Positions 61,032 through 64,000 of a stretch of 64,000 bases of DNA are shown here, in pieces; position 1 is the stretch's first letter; each line of letters starts with the position of its first letter. The notes under the pieces were generated by a model that was not told the origin of the DNA, did no database searches, and saw only the letters and a program-made list of their open reading frames with translations. Made by a program: the position numbers and the translations under genes. Source of the stretch: Minisyncoccota bacterium (GTDB taxonomy: Bacteria > Patescibacteriota > Minisyncoccia > Phycocordibacterales > JACRKE01); assembly GCA_041660505.1 (NCBI GenBank), contig JBAZWG010000002.1, positions 868 through 64,867 of the forward strand, in the 5' to 3' direction.

Positions 61032-62033
61032 CTAGTAATATTTATCTATCTGCTTTTTGTGCTCGGCGTAAGTCTTACTGCAATGAAAATTGCCTTTTTT
61101 GTCGTTGAAGTAGAAAAGGCAATCGGTCTTGATGGGGTTAAGCGCGGCGAGGATTGAGGCGACAGACGGATTGGCAATCGGCGCCGGCGGGAGGCCGGAA
61201 TTTTGGTAAGTGTTATAGGGCGACTTGATATATTTGTCTCTTGGATAGACCGTCGGCCACCAGTTACTCACCGATTTGTTATTAGCCTTGGCATATTGGA
61301 GCGTTGCGTCTACCTGCAAATTCATATCAGCGAATATTCTGTTCCACATAATACCGGACAAGAGCCTCATGCCGTCTGTCGTGATAGTCTCACGCTGGAT
61401 GAGCGATGCGATAGTGAGAGCCTCGTTCAAAGGCACGACCGCTTGTGTTGATGTACTATAATGAGCGAGCACGTCGGCAGAAAATCTCTCGTTTACCAAT
61501 TTCTGCGCATCTTCCGGCGCCATACCTTTCGCCACCGCATAAAGACCGGGCGCGAATGAACCTTCTGTAAGCGGTAAAGACGCGCCGGTTAGTGGTGTCA
61601 GAAACTTCTGCTTTTGCTTGCTTGTCCAGCCAAGCGTCTTGGCAAAGGCTGTCGCCACCTGCTCTTTGCGCATGCCGGGCGTTATGGTCACGAATCGTTC
61701 AGTAACGTTTGCCAGGTTTTGATACCAAGGCAGGTCGGCAAGACTCGTAGCAAGCCAAACAAAAATATCTTGAATAACACCGCCGACACTGGCGACAGAA
61801 GCGCCGAAGAGCGAATGTTCGTCGGCAAGGAAGGCATTGACCTGTTCGTTCTCTGAAATAATCTCGCGCTTCGGATCAACAGTCACAGGAAATTCCTGGG
61901 TCATTTTAGAAACGGCCTGTTGTTGTTCATATTGGAGCGACCAAGTTAATATTCTGGGGAGCGAAAGAAAGAAGACAATAAAAAGAATCGGTATGAGTAT
62001 GAGAAGAAGCTTTTTCCGGCTAAGCCATTGCAT
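61032..62033 (-). CDS. mltG: endolytic murein transglycosylase MltG (YceG family)
   Basis: N-terminal TM. LQVDATLQYA, YNTYQNSGLPPAPIANPSVASILAAL and LFYFND..G.FH..KTYAEH are YceG/MltG signatures. Confidence 0.8.
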   Translation of the reverse strand: MQWLSRKKLLLILIPILFIVFFLSLPRILTWSLQYEQQQAVSKMTQEFPVTVDPKREIISENEQVNAFLADEHSLFGASVASVGGVIQDIFVWLATSLADLPWYQNLANVTERFVTITPGMRKEQVATAFAKTLGWTSKQKQKFLTPLTGASLPLTEGSFAPGLYAVAKGMAPEDAQKLVNERFSADVLAHYSTSTQAVVPLNEALTIASLIQRETITTDGMRLLSGIMWNRIFADMNLQVDATLQYAKANNKSVSNWWPTVYPRDKYIKSPYNTYQNSGLPPAPIANPSVASILAALNPIKTDCLFYFNDKKGNFHCSKTYAEHKKQIDKYY

Positions 62034-62112
62034 GAGTTCATTCTAACAAAAAACAGGCTCGATGCGAAGCTGACGTTTTCCACTGTCTCCAGTTGGTGCT
62101 CTATACGAGCCG

Positions 62113-62121
62113 TGTTACAAT
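62113..62121 (+). promoter_or_regulatory. extended -10 TGtTACAAT, 9 nt upstream of the 62131 ATG
   Basis: cgtgttacaat-attgttcat-ATG. Confidence 0.35.
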
Positions 62122-62130
62122 ATTGTTCAT

Positions 62131-62406
62131 ATGGAAATTGTAACAATTGTGTTCACTGTAGTAATAGCCCTACTGTCATTCTGGATTCTCTTCAAGCTCA
62201 AGGGTTACGGCGGAGTAATCGGCCGGTCATTAAACAGCATCGGCTACGGCACGGTCGTCCTCGGCTTCTCGCAAGTCCTTGAGTCAGCCGTCCCCGACTC
62301 TTTTGGTATCGACCCGGAGACTATCCACATGTCTCACCATTTCATCTTTATCGTTGGTCTGACCATGGTCGCCTGGGGCTTCAAGAATTTGATGGATAAA
62401 AGATAG
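62131..62406 (+). CDS. small membrane protein (hypothetical)
   Basis: 91 aa, two to three TM helices. Confidence 0.4.
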   Translation: MEIVTIVFTVVIALLSFWILFKLKGYGGVIGRSLNSIGYGTVVLGFSQVLESAVPDSFGIDPETIHMSHHFIFIVGLTMVAWGFKNLMDKR

Positions 62407-62425
62407 GCTTTTTATACATCTTTTT

Positions 62426-63772
62426 TTGAATGCAAAACACATGAAAAAATATCTAGCTTCGCTCGGCGTATTTATTTTTCTCTCTGTTGTTTTAAGTTCT
62501 GCCACGGCCATCAATCCGCCCCCCTCCGCCGACTACACAGGCGCGGTTACGAATGCAACAAACACACAAAAAAAGAGCCAGAAGGCACTGACGTCGGCAT
62601 ATGCGTCACTTAACAAAGAAATAGAAGAAGGGCTGACCCATCCGGGGGTATCGCCGTCGTGGCGCAACATGATTCAGAAGAAGCTTGAACTCTTGCGGAA
62701 GCAAGGTTTGGATGCAAAAAGAGTATCCGCCCTCAAGTCTAAAATAGACAAGCTTAGCGTGGGCGGAGCCTCCGATGCGCAGGTGCTTGCCGCTCAAGGA
62801 GCGGCGTGCAACGCGTCAACCACGCCAATCTTCACCCATGCGTTTACCGACCTCGAGAAAGTCAATGCGCTCAACCCTATCGGCGGCATCGGCGGAGGCT
62901 CGCCGGGTAGGAGCTATATCGGCGTTAAGGATGGCATGGAGGCTCCGATCTATGCGCCCATGGACGCGACGCTCCGCACCATCGTGTACGCAGACCGCGG
63001 CGCTGGATACGGCGAGTATGGGCTCATCTTCGAGGCGGGGTGCGGGCTCCAATTCATGTTCGATCACATTGACCGCATTTCTGACCGGCTTATGGCCTAC
63101 GCCCCCAAGACGGCAGCAGCTTCTTCGCAAGTTCAAGACGGCAAACGTTACTCCATCGCTATTCGCGCCGGAGAGCTCCTCGGCTACACGAACGGCACCG
63201 ACCTCGCGCACACCTTTGACTTTTTGGTTATGAATTTTGCGAAGAAAAATAATTTTCTTAATCCCAAGCGCTGGGAATGGGAACAGGCCGTATACGCCAC
63301 CTGCCAATACGATTACTTTACTACTGACTTGCGTTCGGCATATTACGCCAAGCTCGGCCGGCCGAGTGAAGCCGGCATCATAATACAAGCGCGGTCGTGT
63401 GGCAATCCTTCGCACGATGTTGCAGATACCATTTCCGGCGGATGGTTCAAGGTCGGGAGCAGCGACATACGCGGCGAATATCTGGCAATCGCCCGCGAAT
63501 ACGACGGCGCGCAAGTTGCCTATCGCAAAGACGGCCTCGCCTTCGCAAGCACAGAGAATGTGCAGGCCGGCATCCCCTACTTCCGCCTGACAGACCCGTC
63601 GCCGAGGAAATTCCCCGCCGATGTCAAAGTCGGAGAGGAAATCTGCTACAGCGACCGTCAGAACTGGTCATTCATCAAACTTGTCTCAACAACAGAACTT
63701 GCCCTCATTCGTGGAACAGGCGCATGCCCCGCCACCTTCCCGGAAGAGAAAGTGGAAACCTGGCTCCGCTAG
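62426..63772 (+). CDS. secreted hypothetical protein (GC-rich gene)
   Basis: Signal peptide MKKYLASLGVFIFLSVVLSSATA; 448 aa; no recognisable catalytic motifs. GC is clearly above the local background. Confidence 0.5.
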   Translation: MNAKHMKKYLASLGVFIFLSVVLSSATAINPPPSADYTGAVTNATNTQKKSQKALTSAYASLNKEIEEGLTHPGVSPSWRNMIQKKLELLRKQGLDAKRVSALKSKIDKLSVGGASDAQVLAAQGAACNASTTPIFTHAFTDLEKVNALNPIGGIGGGSPGRSYIGVKDGMEAPIYAPMDATLRTIVYADRGAGYGEYGLIFEAGCGLQFMFDHIDRISDRLMAYAPKTAAASSQVQDGKRYSIAIRAGELLGYTNGTDLAHTFDFLVMNFAKKNNFLNPKRWEWEQAVYATCQYDYFTTDLRSAYYAKLGRPSEAGIIIQARSCGNPSHDVADTISGGWFKVGSSDIRGEYLAIAREYDGAQVAYRKDGLAFASTENVQAGIPYFRLTDPSPRKFPADVKVGEEICYSDRQNWSFIKLVSTTELALIRGTGACPATFPEEKVETWLR

Positions 63773-64000
63773 TTGAGCCACTTGAACCCCCTCGGCTCAT
63801 GGCGAGTAAAAAGTAATCGGTTTATCAGAATTTGCAATGTGCATTTTTTGCATATTGCTTTTTTGAACTATCCGGAAATCCCGAATAGTTGCTTTTCTCT
63901 CCAATTCCTTATACCACAGCGAGCCAAATGGTGGGAATTGACTCGCTCCGAGTCTAAAGCGCCTGATATTCGGCGCGCTCGTCCGGGCCAACTTGCTGCA

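Noticed and set aside
63773-64000. Possible tRNA or other small RNA in the 228-bp tail of the window
   Set aside because: No acceptable cloverleaf (no GTTC-type T-loop with a complementary acceptor stem) could be folded by eye. Left unannotated.

Overview
This 64 kb window looks like a compact, gene-dense genome with about 60 genes. The gene content suggests a reduced bacterium, possibly a Candidate Phyla Radiation / Patescibacteria (Parcubacteria-like) lineage, though I infer this only from gene content and architecture and ran no search. Most of the window is housekeeping. The dcw cell-wall/division cluster is split in two: mraZ-rsmH-ftsL-ftsI-murF on the minus strand, and mraY, a Ddl-like ATP-grasp ligase, ftsW, murG and an M23/EnvC-like peptidase on the plus strand. 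There is an mreBCD-PBP2 rod-shape operon plus a second mreB. There are four aminoacyl-tRNA synthetases (an archaeal-type AspRS, CysRS, an editing-domain-less ProRS, LysRS). Replication and segregation genes are dnaB, recR, holB-like, a PriA-like protein with degenerate helicase motifs, and scpA/scpB. Ribosomal proteins L27, L9 and L21, frr, hpf, greA, def-fmt and one tRNA-Glu(CUC) are also present. The accessory content is the interesting part. A 3162-aa secreted giant protein (tail-fibre-like GIGT repeats, a Kelch propeller, a discoidin domain, a Gly-rich region and an Ig-like domain) is co-transcribed with a secreted four-domain LamG protein, next to a REP-associated tyrosine transposase (RAYT) flanked by hairpins. 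Several families of short palindromic or heptamer repeat elements sit in frame inside essential genes (def, fmt, priA-like, rseP, holB 5' end) and in promoter regions. Many genes appear to have leaderless or near-leaderless transcripts, with a TGnTATAAT box 6-10 nt upstream of the ATG. Two perfect DnaA boxes lie in inverted orientation upstream of the priA-like gene. There are two DinD-like (Bro-N) paralogs. A Cys-rich zinc-ribbon protein splits scpA from scpB, and a GC-rich paralog fragment of it lies at the window edge. A GC-rich MerR-family regulator sits beside TerC, which has a long structured leader. I saw no rRNA and no CRISPR array.
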